Position numbers and translations under genes: made by a program
Assembly (NCBI RefSeq): GCF_964355755.1
Contig: NC_092676.1
Location: forward strand, 23,578,871 to 23,642,870
Direction: 5' to 3'
Source of the DNA: Antedon mediterranea
Lineage: Eukaryota > Animalia > Echinodermata
DNA: 64,000 nt
Notes under the pieces: generated by a model
Database searches by the model: none
What the model saw: only the letters and a program-made list of their open reading frames with translations
What the model was told of the DNA's origin: nothing
Shown here: piece after piece, positions 40,849 through 54,485 of the stretch
How positions within the stretch are numbered: position 1 is the stretch's first letter
How the letters are laid out: each line of letters begins with the position of its first letter

Positions 40849-40989
40849 CCAAAGGCAAATTACTGAAAAAAATTACAATGCTGTGGGTATCAGTGGCTGG
40901 ATCTCAATAGAGATACAAAAAAAAAGCTAAATCAAAACGATAAAGTAAACAGCCAGAAAAGTTAGCAGAGCTTTCGGGCAACACTAGCA

Positions 40990-41321
40990 TATAAATCGTG
41001 TCTTTTATCCACCAGAAAAAGGAATTAATAGTTGGAAAATGGCGGTTAAACGATAAAAGTCTCCGGCAGAATCATTAACTGTTCTGTATTATTTGTTTTA
41101 TATGCTGACCTACGGTATATATATATAACAAAATCGTGTCTTTTATCTACCAGAAAAAGGAATTAATAGCTGGAAAATGGCGGTTAAACGATAAAAGTCT
41201 CTGGCAGAATCATTAACTGTTCTGTATTATTTGTTTTATATGCTGACCTACGGTATATATATAACAAAATTGTGTCTTTTTTCCACCAGAAAAAGGAATT
41301 GATAGTTGGAAAATGGCGGTT
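40990..41321 (+). repeat. About 137-bp tandem repeat triplicating the splice acceptor and start codon of GVIN copy A
   Basis: CAG acceptors end at 41015, 41153 and 41289. ATGGCGGTT occurs at 41039, 41177 and 41313. Confidence 0.9.
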
Positions 41322-44300
41322 CCACACTTTGAACAATGTCTTAGTATTTTAAAATTATTGGAACTACATGTGTATTATCCAAAGAAAATTACAAGGGAAA
41401 TGGCACTAACAGTTCCGGGGGAAGTTATTGCACGGAAAGATCTAAACAAGACATGTAACCAACCCTGGTTTATGCTACAAAATATTATTGCAGGCAACTA
41501 TGAAGGAATGTCATTTGCAATAAATACGCAGACATCCGTATCAGAGAGTAGAGGACCTGAAACTTTACTGTCAAATTATTTGCAGGGAAGAAAGCCTACT
41601 GACAGTGGATGCCTGGTAAATCCTCTAGATGTATTAACGTCTTTATTTATATGCTGTGACGATTTTCTAAGGCAGATGTTAGTAGAAAAACTATCTAATT
41701 GTCAGTTAGGCATTCCATTGCTACTTCCAGTAATAGACGCCACTCCACAAACGTCTGGCGTTGAGATGCTTTCTTGGGCAACGAGTACAATACGAAAACA
41801 ATGGAAAACTGCCTCGGGGCAACCTGTTGAGCAATCAATGGCGGTGCATCCGTTACCAATCGTTTCTGCTCTCCGTATAGGAAGACCTAGGCTATCAAAG
41901 TCAAAAATACTCAATGAAACAATGAACTCCAAACATGACCATTTTTTTCACTCTAAATGTACAGGTGGAAGTGTACGAAAAATTGTTTCCAATGGTATAG
42001 TAGAACTTATGTGGTATCTTCCAGTAGGCAGTGATAGAGACAGCTTTCCAGGTGCATTTGGGGTCATGAACCTGCGTGGCAATGCAGTGAATCATTCACT
42101 ACAACGAACCTTTTTGACAAAGGCATCATCAACAGCTATTATCTTCTGTCAACGTGACATGTCTAACAAGGAAGAGATTTATTCGATAACATCTCGGAAT
42201 GATCAACATAGTCACCTTATCCTGGTATTTGATGAAAATCCAAATGAAGAATGGTTTAAAACTTTAGAACATGTCCTACCGGCGTATAAAAATGAGGGGA
42301 AACAAGTTCACGTGTTAACAGATAATTACACAAATAATGTGGCTGATAAAGTTAGAGAGGCTATTAACATGTGCATGTCAAATGATTTCGCTGATCAAAC
42401 AACTTCTAAAAGTCTAGAAGACTGCGAAATAATCGCCAGTCATGCCGATATTCGAATCGATGAAAAAGATTATGGGGATAATTATGAATGTAAGCTGAAG
42501 GCAGTGGATTTGTTGGTATGTCTTCAAGCGGAACATGACAAAGATAAACATTTACCATTACAGGCTATATCGCGTAAAATTGCTTTGAAAACATATGAAC
42601 AAATTGACATGAAATTTAAGGATATGTCAACAGAATCTTATATTTATAAGATGGATTCAGAAATAATGGATTTGCGTAAAAAACAATCTGATTTATGGAA
42701 AGATAAATCCGAAATGATTATGGTCAAGAAGTTTTTAGAATCAGTTGCGTTTACGTCTCTCGGGAGGTCATACTTTTATAACTGGATGGGTACTATGTTG
42801 GACAGGCACAGCATTCATAATTTACAGCTCATACGTGAAAATAAACCTACAAGTATGAATAATTCTGAAATTGTTGAAGAATTCCAACGGAAACTATCCA
42901 ATGCAAGTCTGGGCTTAGAACATTTAAATAGAGAAATCGCCCAAATCTACGAGATGGCATCAGAATTGTCAAGGATGGAAAGTGACATTCAAACATTTCC
43001 AGAAATAGCTGCTCACATGTTAATTGATGGACAACCACTTGAGATTATGGATGGAGATGCGACGTATGTTCCTACAACGTGGTTAAAGGCAGTTTTCAAT
43101 TGCCTAAAGGCAAGGATTGGAAATAAGAAACTATTTGTTTTATCAGTAGTTGGTGTGCAAGGAAGTGGAAAATCAACCATGCTGAATACGATGTTCGGCT
43201 TAAAGTTTGCAGTTGGTGCTGGCAGATGTACCAGAGGCGCATTTGCACAGTTGGTTCCACTTGATGAGGATCTTAAAAAAAAGTACAAGAGTGATTACAT
43301 CATGGTGATTGACACAGAAGGGTTATGCGCTCCTGAATTTGCTGGAATTGATGACAACAATAAACGTGATAACAAATTGGCCACGTTCATAATCGCGTTA
43401 GCAGATTGTACAATTATAAATGTTATGGCTGATAACCAAGCTGGCATTCAGGACATCCTACAGATTGCTGTGTACGCGTTGATGAAAATGGAATCAACTA
43501 ATATAAAGCCTAGCTGCATATTTGTTCATCAGTGTAAAGGTGATTTATTGACTTCGGAGAAGAATATAACATCAGATTTCCATCTGAAAAAAGTACTGGA
43601 CAAATCTACAAGAATTGCCGCAGATATACAAAAAACATCTTTCAAATCGTTTGAAGAAGTGATCAGTTTTCAGCCGGAAAAGCATGTAGTTTATATTCCA
43701 AATCTCTGGCAAGAACATCCGCCAATGGCAACTACGAATCCGGAATATATTCGAAATGTTCTTGAACTCCGAAATCTTGCGTTTTCTGTTATGGGAGGAC
43801 ATTCGAATAGTATTGATGAATTTAGTTTCAAATTTACCGGTGTGTCGAAAGCTGTTCTTTACGAAGAATTTGCCTTTTCTTTCATTCATGCTGTAGAGAT
43901 ACACTCTTACAATGGCTTAGAAAATGAGTATATTGATGCATCAAGAGATTTTAGACGAACATGTATGAGCAACCAGCATGCCTTTGTCAATGCTTGTAAA
44001 AATATGTCGGCTGCAAAGATTAAAGAAGAAGGTACACAAATACTCGAAGTCTACACACGAAAGCTAGATAAATGCTCCGAAATACTTAGAAATCGGATGA
44101 AAGAATACATATGCAAGAACCCCAAAGCGGCACAATGGGAAGCACGTATAAACAGCAGACTGTATGAACTGATTTTGGAAATGCGTAAAACACTTCGAAA
44201 AGAATTTGAAATTGTCAAACAGGCTGTCATTTGGAAAACAAAAATTGAAAAAGGCTACTTACAAGAAATTTATCAAAAGTCGGGTGAACTCGCCAAAAAA

Positions 44301-45959
44301 TTAAGAGCAGATGGTACAAGTGAATCGGAACTAGAAACGGAATTCAACAGATGTTGGGAAGAGTGGATTAACAATACCCCTAAATTGACCGAACTTATAG
44401 ATATCGAGACCACACTTGAAGGAATACTCCGTAAAACAGGTTTGGATGACAAATTTCTAACACAGAACATACTATCGATGTTGACGAAGAAACAAAACGT
44501 TGATGTGTCACTGGATGATGTAATCGAGAATTGTTCTGCTTCTAAGTGCGACCTCCGCAATATAATTTCGAATATTCAAGAAATGGCAATTGCTTCCATA
44601 GATGATTATAGAGACAAAGGAAGTAGTTGCGATGAATCTATCATACAAGATGTCGTCAATGTAGTTTATAACGTTTTACAAAATCCATGACCTTCTGATA
44701 AGTATGTATTTACACGTAAAGCAGTGGTTAAACATACATGTCATATTCTATGGAAATCAATTCCAAAATTCAAAGCTCTTCAGGAAGCCTCCATGGATCA
44801 GAATGACCCCAAAACACTTATGCTTTCTCATAAGGAGATCTTAAGGCAAGAATTCTATAGCGAATTCACCAAAGTAGAAAAATCATTGAAAATAGCTTCA
44901 AATATTGTCATGCATTTGAAAGATGCCAGTACCGAAGCAATTAATCTACAGTTCTTTTTAAGAGCTGTTGAATATTTCAGAACCTCACCTGATCACAAGC
45001 ATATAATTGACAGTAAGACAAGCTTTCATGTCAAAATGCTCATTGATGTCGCCGAAATAAATTCATTTGAGTTAGCTACAAGATACTTGCGAAATCCGTC
45101 AACATTTATGTCTTCTTGGGTGCAAGAGTACATTTTTAATGCACTGCAAGTAAATATAAATGACCAGGGGACCGTGCTACAAAATATTTACTACATCTGC
45201 GTGCGTAGTAAATTCAACGAAATGTTAGTAGCAACCAGAAACGCTTTTACTAAAATCGAAGCAAAGTACTGCAAAGTAAATGAGTTGTGGCAAAAAATAA
45301 ATTCACATTTAGAGCTAACAATGATAGCACCAGTCATGACTATCCCGACAATTGGAAATGAACAAATTCAGGTGGAGAAAGTATGTGAGGAGATCTCTAG
45401 TGAACTAAATGAAGCAAGATATTACTTAACAATGAGAAGTAACGCCGATTTGAAGAAAGATTTAAGACGTGAAATTGAAAAAGTTGTTGAATATTTTGAG
45501 AAAGATCTTGTTGGTTGTAAAGAGTTGTGCCCGTTTTGCGGAGGCCCATGCGATAACACTGCTGGATGTACATCACACCTTACTAGGTGTCATCGACCTC
45601 AAGGTATTTCAGGCCAAAACTGGCACTGGTGGAACTGGAAAAGAAAACGTGGCAACGAACTTGTCGTAGACTTGTGCACAACATCAGTTGCTGACAAAAA
45701 ACAACAATTTAAAAAAAGCGATGTCGATAACAAATGGCATAAATATCACGAATATCGTACTGTTTACGAATCATGGATGATTCCACCAATAGTTGATACA
45801 AACACACAGCTGTACTGGAAATGGTTCATGGCAAAATACAACAAAGAGTTCGCAGATTTTCATGGATGCTTGGAAGCTGAAATTCCAGATAGTTGGAAAC
45901 AAATTACATGGGAAGAAGCAAAGCAGGATCTGATTAACTTATACAAACCAAGAACATAA
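41313..45959 (+). CDS. Very large inducible GTPase / URGCP-like protein (VLIG-type G domain), copy A; single coding exon of 1548 codons with one in-frame TGA at 44688-44690 (truncated allele, young pseudogene or readthrough)
   Basis: G1 GVQGSGKS, G2 RCTRG, G3 DTEG. URGCP/GVIN N-terminal motifs (NPLD..F.CCDDFLRQ...KLS.CQ..IPLLLP; SKSKILN; G.VELMWYLP; NLRG) and C-terminal CPFC..CD..H..HRPQG. ORFs 41313-44690 and 44724-45959 are in the same frame. Confidence 0.9.
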
Positions 45960-47807
45960 AGGTAAGAGTTTATTAATCATGAAAATGTATTAGCATGCTC
46001 TCATTTCATTCGTAGTGCTGTTTATAATTTTAAAAATAGGATTCATTATTATGTCTAAAAACATATTTTATGATTGTACTATTTTGTTTACAAAATGAAA
46101 TATTCTTGTATAGCTCTTTGACGACTTGACGCTTATTAGGCGTATTGTAAACCGTGGAATCTATTCTAAAACAGAGTACAGGAGAGTGAGCAGTTTGTAG
46201 TATGATTATAAAAAATAATTTCCAGGTTATAATTATACAGTATTAAGAATATTTTCATAATTTAGGCTTCAATTTTTCAAAATAAAAAAAGAAACCTTGA
46301 TTTTTTTTTTTTTATTAATTTTTTACTAACAAGATTTTTTTTTCATTAACAGCTTTGGTTTGATGACTGGACGCAATTTTTCTTAATCACAAGAACTAAA
46401 CACATTTGTTTATTAGTCGACCCAATATGACATGAATTATTCAAAATTCGGGCATTTCGCATAAGGGTGTGGTGGGTTTGTTATTATAAAACTTAGTATA
46501 TATATAGTAGTATAGTAAACGAAGTATGTAAATAAGACAGATACATTATAGGTGTATTTGACGAAGAGATTTTAACATTCAGATTTTGTGTCTAAGGTTG
46601 ATTGGAAAATCATCCACTAAATTACACTAAAGACATTACGAATAATAATATGAATTGTTATCAAGGCCATATACATGGCTGGCCAAGTCGCGTGCACCAA
46701 AAATCGACAATTTTTGCACCAATGAGTTTGCAACTTTTCTCTCTTCGAATGAATTTGTCGCGGTAGATTAAAAAGAGCATATTGATTATAACATTATATA
46801 GCTGTGTTATTATGTATGGCCATTGTATATTAGAAATGAAACAGCCATTACTTTAGCAGATAGTGTAGTATTATACCTATATAGTAGATTGTAGTTTGTG
46901 TTTAGAGAGACATTTTATTAGCACTTCGTTGTTTGGTAAACCGTATAGATAGAAAGCCTTATTTCATATTAAGGTCGTTTGGTAATAACAACTTAAGCCT
47001 AACAGGCAATTTTACCAGGAGGAATAATTAGAACACACTTTTAACACGTTTTAACTGACCAATATCAATAAAACTCAATTAGTAGAATCAAAGACTAAGT
47101 TTTACAGTTGTTTGTGTTAACTTTGTTGTTGTTAATAATCTCTCAATATATTCGATCAATGCGATCTAACAAATAGGATGAGGAGCTCACTCTGACATTC
47201 AAGATAAGAATGTGTAACAGTACCTATCCGATACACTTGACTTGTGTCGTATAACAAAGTACAATACATAGTTACTGAAGTTAGTATTACAATCTCGTCA
47301 ATGAAAACACAAATATGTATATGCTTATTCACTTATTTATGAAAACGACGCATACTATAAAGTTTCGTTTGTCTGTAAAATGATGTAATCAAGCTGTTTA
47401 CAGGCGTAATTAAAAACCAAATTGTAGTTGGAGAATTATTATTTATTATTATTATTATTATTATATATATATATTATATGATGCCTATTATAATATACTC
47501 TACGATAATCATTTGATTTAATAACTTTTTATTTGATGTTGTATGAGTAGGCCTAATAAAGTTTATTTTGTATTCTTGTAGGTCTAATTCGCTGTTTGGA
47601 TGGTAACCGAAAACGTGAGCTATAGCCGCAAAAAATGACATAGCCTAACTACACTCCCATTTATCGGTCGTATAATTATCCGAAAGCCACTCATAGTGTT
47701 GATTAAGTTTACTGTTCTGCATACAACACCCAACACTATTTCTAATCTAAGCATTTTGTCGAAATAATGCGCCCTCTATTTACCGAGGAATTTGAAGCTT
47801 CAAATAC

Positions 47808-48275
47808 AGATTGGAATGTTCCATTCAACGCAAATCAATACATTTGTAATGTATATTAAATCTATCAAAATAATAGTTTTTTAAGAAAATCGGCCTGTCT
47901 TCAACATTATATTGCTGTACTCTTGTTCAACCGGTTTTCAGCTATTAAAAACAATTATCGTAGGAGGAGATAGGAAAATGCGAAGCATTCTCGTATTATT
48001 GTGTGCGGGTATTTTTCAAGATGAACATCCATTTGGCCTAGACAGTGTATACCACGATCAGAAAACACCCCTATTTAGGGCAAATCGTTGAACCTAAATT
48101 CATTTTAATTGTCAATAACTAATTATCTAACTCAATTTAATTAGTAAACAGGGTTACATCAGATTGTTAAAATCAGTACCGAAAGTACGAACCAACTTTA
48201 TATACCATCGAGTAAAAATTCTAGAAATAACCCGCGATTTACCGAATTTTGCCCTTACGTGAATTTATATATAGA
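47808..48275 (-). mobile_element. 5' portion of the Helitron family
   Basis: Near-identical to 17272-17734. Confidence 0.8.
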
Positions 48276-49691
48276 TAACCAAACTATGATTATTAAAAAA
48301 TTAACATTTTGCATAAGATAAAAGTCATATGATTCATGGTTTTGTAGTGTATTGAAATTGTGCAAATGGTACCATTCATAATGCACAATTCTTTTTGTGG
48401 ATCCATAAATTGCGGTCCATCTATCCCATAAATTAAGAGCGCATGCGCAACCTAAATAGGTGCCCTGACGACTGAGATGTAGACTCGTCCATGTGACTGC
48501 TGCATGCATGACATCACACTGTGGGAACCGGTAATATGGAAACAGAATAACGTTCCTGTTTTGTTATCCAAATTTAAGTTTGATATGCTTATATCATCAC
48601 AAAAAGTAGTATATCGATATGAACTAATGCAATATTTAGCATCGTGCAATCTCACATTATTCTTAATAACTCTACAGCTCACTATGTCGGTCGGCTGGTC
48701 GGTCGGTCGGTCGGTCGGTCGGTCGGTCGGTCGGTAAACACTAACTTGAGCACGTGACTGCAGCCATCTATATTGTTACTTAAAGGTTTACTGTATTCTC
48801 CTCAATCGGAACGCAAATATGAAGTTGTATTGTTAATAGGCCAACGACGGTTTAACGTTTGCGGTTGCTTACGTAAAATTGCATTTCATTGAGTATATTA
48901 TATTATGCTTGTACTTCTCATGTCCTCACATCGCTCCATCTTTGCCAACCATAAAAAGATAATTATTTTAGGGCTACAGAAAAAATAATGATACTTTCAA
49001 CTTACCGTAGGCCTACCTATAAAAGCAAGTTAAATAAAGTTTCTGCTTGCACATCTGTAGAAGTGACCATGAATGCGTACATACCAGCAGCAGACCAGAT
49101 GAATGAACACAATACCATGGTAACCCCCTCACCACCATAAAATGAAGTCAATGTACAATTTGTCGACTTTTTTTCTAGTAAACATATTTGTATGACATTG
49201 TATACGTACATGAGTACTTTAAATCATGTATAGACTGATGAATTTAAAGTGTTTGGAAAAGTAGAAACAAAACACTTATAGTACTACTGTATACTATTTA
49301 TAATAAAGGTACAAATTAAATTCAAGCTTTAATATTTGTGTTTATTAAACCGACGAGCGAGTGAGATCATTCTTCTTTGATTAAACCCATTTTTAAAGCG
49401 TTCATTCATACCTTGTCATCTTGTGTTTTTTCTAATTCACTGTTAAGGCAACAAAATATTAGTAAGCAATATTAGTGTTGCTAGATTTTCTTAGGCTTTA
49501 GGCCTATGTGTCAGAATTATTTATTATCTTGTCAGCAGGGGTTTATTCGAGGGCATTAATAGTTCGTCACCCAATGTCAGCTGGTTACATCGTTAACATG
49601 TATTATGCCAAACAATGTAAACAGAAACACAAGTGCTTTGGTAAAATTATATTGTATGATAAAATTCATAAAGATAATGCAATTGACTGAT

Positions 49692-50364
49692 AACGCCGTT
49701 TACGCAACATTTCGATGATATGAATTTTATGACGCGATATGCATCAATATGAATTGAATGGCGCGATATGTGAATGAAATGTTTTGTAATAAATTCTTTG
49801 AATTGAATGTTTTGAATGAAATGTTTTGAATGAAATGTTTTGAATGAAATGTTTTGAATGAAATGTTTTGAATGAAATTTTTGAATGAAATGTTTTGAAT
49901 GAAATGTTTTGAATGAAATGTTTTGAATGAAATGTTTTGAATTGAATGTTTTGAATAAAATGTTTTGAATGAAATGTTTAAAGAGAATCCTAACAGACTT
50001 GAAACAGTGGAATGCATATTTCCAAACCCAGGTCTGTTAGGAGTCTCTGTAAAGGATCCATATTGATGACAGCGTGGAAAGGAGATGAGTACCCAGGCTT
50101 AAGAGGTTAAGAAAAAATCGCGATCAGGAATGACATACGCCGCCAATAGTTTGACTTTTCAATTCAATTCAAACATTTCATTCAAAACATTTCGTTCAAA
50201 ACGTTTCATTCAAAACATTTTATTCAAAACATTTCATTCAAAACATTTCATTCAAAACATTCAATTCAAAGCATTCAATGCAAAACATTTTATTCATATA
50301 TCGCATTTCATTCACATATCGCGTCATAAAATTCATATCATCGAAATGTTGCGTAAACGGCGTT
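49692..50364. mobile_element. Foldback-type element with long inverted arms containing 14-bp tandem repeats (GAATGAAATGTTTT)n
   Basis: AACGCCGTTTACGCAACATTTCGATGATATGAATTTTATGACGCGATATG at 49692 has its reverse complement ending at 50364. The repeat arrays are in opposite orientation, with an internal hairpin at 49978-50053. Confidence 0.85.
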
Positions 50365-51839
50365 CCATATACGTCCCCGTTTACTATCCTATATACATAC
50401 CTGGACTTACCCTGCGCCTAGCTCGAATCCAGGTATGTGATGCTTATTTTAGCAAACCTTGTGTGTCAAGGGTAATCAAAAACAACTTAAGCCAACAATT
50501 AGGTGGTTCCTTGCATGTAATCGCAAAACAAACACTTTAAGAAAAAGCACAAGCAAACAAATAACATTAAAATGCAAGATAATCTACAAACAATAAAATT
50601 GTGTCCAATAAATCACAAGTAGGCTTGTTGAGATAGGCTAAAGTAATTTATTATGGGCATAATTTAGTAAAAACAAAATTAGGCCTAATTTATGTTATAA
50701 AGTTTCCTTTCAGATATAGCCTCTTGATTACACAATGAACTTTCACCTGAACGCAGACGGACTTTATTTGTGCCTTTGTAATTGAATTTAAAAAAAAATG
50801 TTATACTGTATATAACAAATACATATCAAATTTTGTAGCCATTTTAGTAGGCCTGCTACTACTAGGCCTACGTCTGTGTAACTAAGAACAAGCTGCGACA
50901 TCGGTTAGGCTGTAATTCAGAACGATACAAAACTTTACAAGACAATAATTGCATTGATTGTATAGAACGATATTGATGCGTTTGTGTCTATAGCTGTCCA
51001 AAGAAGCAATGACAATCGTCGGGCTGGTTTTTCCGCTTTTAGATAAATACCTTCTTGTATGATACTAGTTACATTTTGTACATTGGTTTTTTTTATATTT
51101 GATAAATGAAGGATGATTTGGGGCATGCTCATTAATATGGAGCTCATTTGAATAGAGTTTTCGTGACTACTAAAATGTGGAAATGTTACGAAATTGCTGC
51201 GTAATTGGTTCGCACAGGCAAATTCAGTACTTTCTAACAAAAATTAATCTCGCTGACCACATCTTTTTTTTTCTATTTAATTATCTAATCCGCCTACTCT
51301 TAATGACCGTTCATGTTCAATATCATGTGATATTTCATTTATTAAAACCTTGATAAAAAATCATGACGAATGAGTTATAAAGTTACAACGAAACCGATTG
51401 GTTGATAACTACGATAAAGTGCGATGACGTAAAATAAGACGCCGTGAAAAGGTGGGACTGATACCACAATCATCATTCTGGGAGACCCATCCAGCGTTTA
51501 CTAAAATTCTGCTGTGAAAAAAGAGTTAAGTCGTGGTAAGTAACTTTGTAACTTAAATATATAGATTTTGAATAAATACTGTAATGCAAAGTTAGAAGTC
51601 ATATTTTTGCGACGTAATTTCTTGCATAATACAGTTTTATTCAGCGAAATTAGTACTGTATCATAATTATCATCAATGTTATTACGCTGCATCATACGCA
51701 AATTCTGTGAGACAGTAATTTTATATAGGCCTAACACATGGCCTAAATAATAGCATTTGGTGAATGATGAAAGGTGATATTTCAACGAGGCTTGAAATAT
51801 AAACTTTCATCATTCACCTCATGTCTTTATTATGATACT

Positions 51840-52403
51840 CGACGTTCTTCTAACATTACCAAAATCATCCACTGCTTATGGTAGAAGGTCTTTTGCAGCA
51901 ATAGCACCTTCATTATGGAACAAACTTCCACTCTTTGTGAGACTTGCTCCTTCAGTCAGTATTTTTAAATCACGACTGAAAGCCCATCTGTTCTCATCCG
52001 GTATTAATTAAATTATTCATTCATTCATTTATTCCTTCCCCGAAACCTTGACTCAGAAATACCGGGATGGTGTCCGGCGGGGGATAGTTTAACCCAAGCT
52101 TAAGTTGTGCATGCTTCATTTACTCTCTATTCTTAATTCTGGCCCTGAAACCTTGACTCAGAAATACTGGGATGGTGTCCGGCGGGGGATAGTTTTACCT
52201 TAGTTAAGCATAGTTAAGCTTTGTTACATTTTTTTTTTCACATTATTGATTGTCTCCATCCCCGAAACCTCGACTAAGAAATACCGGAATGGTGTCCGGC
52301 GGGGGATAGTTTATTACCATTAGTTAAGGTCCTATGTAAAGCACCTAGAGGGGTCAGTGATCCATTAGGCGCTATATAAATACTGTTTATTGTTTATTAT
52401 TAT
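51840..52403 (+). mobile_element. 3' end of an L2-type LINE with a triplicated structured 3'-UTR motif
   Basis: Translation YGRRSFAAIAPSLWNKLPLFVRLAPSVSIFKSRLKAHLF, followed by an L2-type tail gtaaagcacctagag...aggcgctatataaat(tta)n. Confidence 0.85.
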
Positions 52404-53384
52404 AATGCTATACGTTGAGATACAGTACAGAAAACCGAATGCCTTGTAAAAGAATGTTAAACTTTGTGTTAGATTTTCAAAAATATTTTTTTTTAATCAT
52501 ATAAAAAGTTTCTCTCTTTTCATCACCCGGGAAAGCATTGTCAAACTATTATGCTCTGCGGTTTAATAATGCTCATAATGTACAACAAGAATTCATCCAA
52601 TTATACATACGATCGTCGTCGTTTCATCAGCATATAAAAACCGGATATTACGTCTTCATATACGTTAACGTAGTCATTCTTATTAGGGAGTTTGGGCAAC
52701 CTCCGTACGTATACGTATCTATATATAAAAAAATATGGTTAATTCTGACATAGGCGAGCACAATGGAAAAACTTCGGGACAAATCTCTGCCTTGGATACC
52801 TACCTGATCTATCTCAGATGTACCGCGAAATGTAAATTTGATAACATTAGTTTTCACTATTACGATATTTTTTCATATTTCTATCTTAGGAAGATATTAT
52901 AAAGTGTTTAAAAAAAATTGATTTTATCGGTAGATTTTCAATTAAATTTCAATTGTACGCGGTCAAATTAATCGGGTTCATCTTGCAGTTTCCTGGCCGT
53001 TAGTGGATAATAGCCATTTTAGTTTTTTGTTTATTTTCGGATCGAACCGAAGGTACAGTAGTTAAAAAATAAACATTATACTGCAAATTAATAAAGATCA
53101 AATTAAATATACGTCATAAAGCATCGGAGTATATTGTGGGGAATAGTATTATAAAATTACATAAGGAGATCTTATGATAAGACCTTTTGTTTAAAATCAA
53201 GTGAAATCCCGATAGTCGAGTTTTATTGAGTAAGCTGGCAGGAATAACTGTGGGCTAATAATAAGTGTCCCGTTAGGACCGGGATACGTCTGCCCATGTT
53301 GCAAGCCGTCTAAAACATCTTCCTTCTTCTTGGGCCGAAACTGCCCACTCTGTCGTGGAAGTTACTTTCAAAAGATTTTTTTTT

Positions 53385-53715
53385 TTTATTTCATCATATA
53401 ATACATTACAAAGGAAAATCATAATTAAATAAAAAATTAAAAGCAAACAAAAACAACAAAGATATACATCTAAAAAATTAAATAACGGTTCATAAAAATT
53501 ATTCTAATCTCTAACAATTTCATATTTGATTTATAAATGCTTCTAATTTTATCCATTTTGTATTAAAAATAATGTCCTCAAAATTCTGATGATAAATACA
53601 TTTTTCCGTTTCATAAAACCTTTTTAACTCGTTCATTTTAAATAATTGTTCATTTGTTGCAATTATTCTATTTAAAATTTTATATTGAAAATATATTAAA
53701 ACAATATTCATTGTA
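53385..53715 (-). mobile_element. Degraded L1/Tx1-type LINE 3' fragment
   Basis: FQYKILNRIIATN..LFKM motif, with a poly(A) end at about 53376-53390. Confidence 0.55.
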
Positions 53716-54485
53716 CACGTATGTGGAGCTAGGTAGATTGTTATTCGTTATTGACTACAACACTTACAAAATATGTTTAAATTAAATAATGTATTAATTA
53801 TTAGGATGGTATTTATTTGAATGCCCAACGCCTCCCCAATAAAACATCACTTTGAATAATAATCGCCCCCAACCCAACTATCTAATAAGCGCCTATCCAC
53901 ATTTATACACACAATATTGTAATAGGCTTATATTTATAATAACACATACTACAGTATTTGTAGTAGAATTCATCGCACTGTTATTTACAATTTACCAAGC
54001 ATTTGTTATTCCTTTTTACCACTTTTCATATCTATTAGATAATTTTATTTGATTATAAATGTTACCATATTATTAAAACTAAAAAATTAAACATATCCCT
54101 CTAATAAGCACCTCCCTTTATATCATTTAAATTTAACATCGTCATCGTCTTCATTTCCCTTTGTTACGGTCTTTCTAAATCAATAACCTCAATCATTTAA
54201 CTTTCTTATCTTATCCTCATCTATTATTCGCACGAGTTCTAAATCAAGATTAAACTGCATGTATGAATCAAATTGCATTCTTAATACAATTCATTTATAA
54301 CATAAGTTCGTTTAGACGAATAATTGTTTAAAACAACGTTAAAAAAGTAAATTATAAAAAGAAGGATGAATGGGTTTTTTTGAAAGAGGAAAACACATGC
54401 TACTAATCGTCATTGTCTGATGACATAACTTGCTTTCTTTTTCCCCAGAACATCTCACGAACATATACAGAATAATTGTTGAACA

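Noticed and set aside
41702-44560. Antisense ORFs over the GVIN gene
   Set aside because: Short shadow frames of a long coding sequence with no independent motifs.
49727-50540. ORFs with FIQNISFKTFHSKH repeats
   Set aside because: Translations of the 14-bp repeats in the foldback element.
52036-52312. Repeat-spacer pattern resembling CRISPR
   Set aside because: It lies between an L2 ORF2 stop and the L2 tail, the repeats are long and degenerate, and no cas genes are present.
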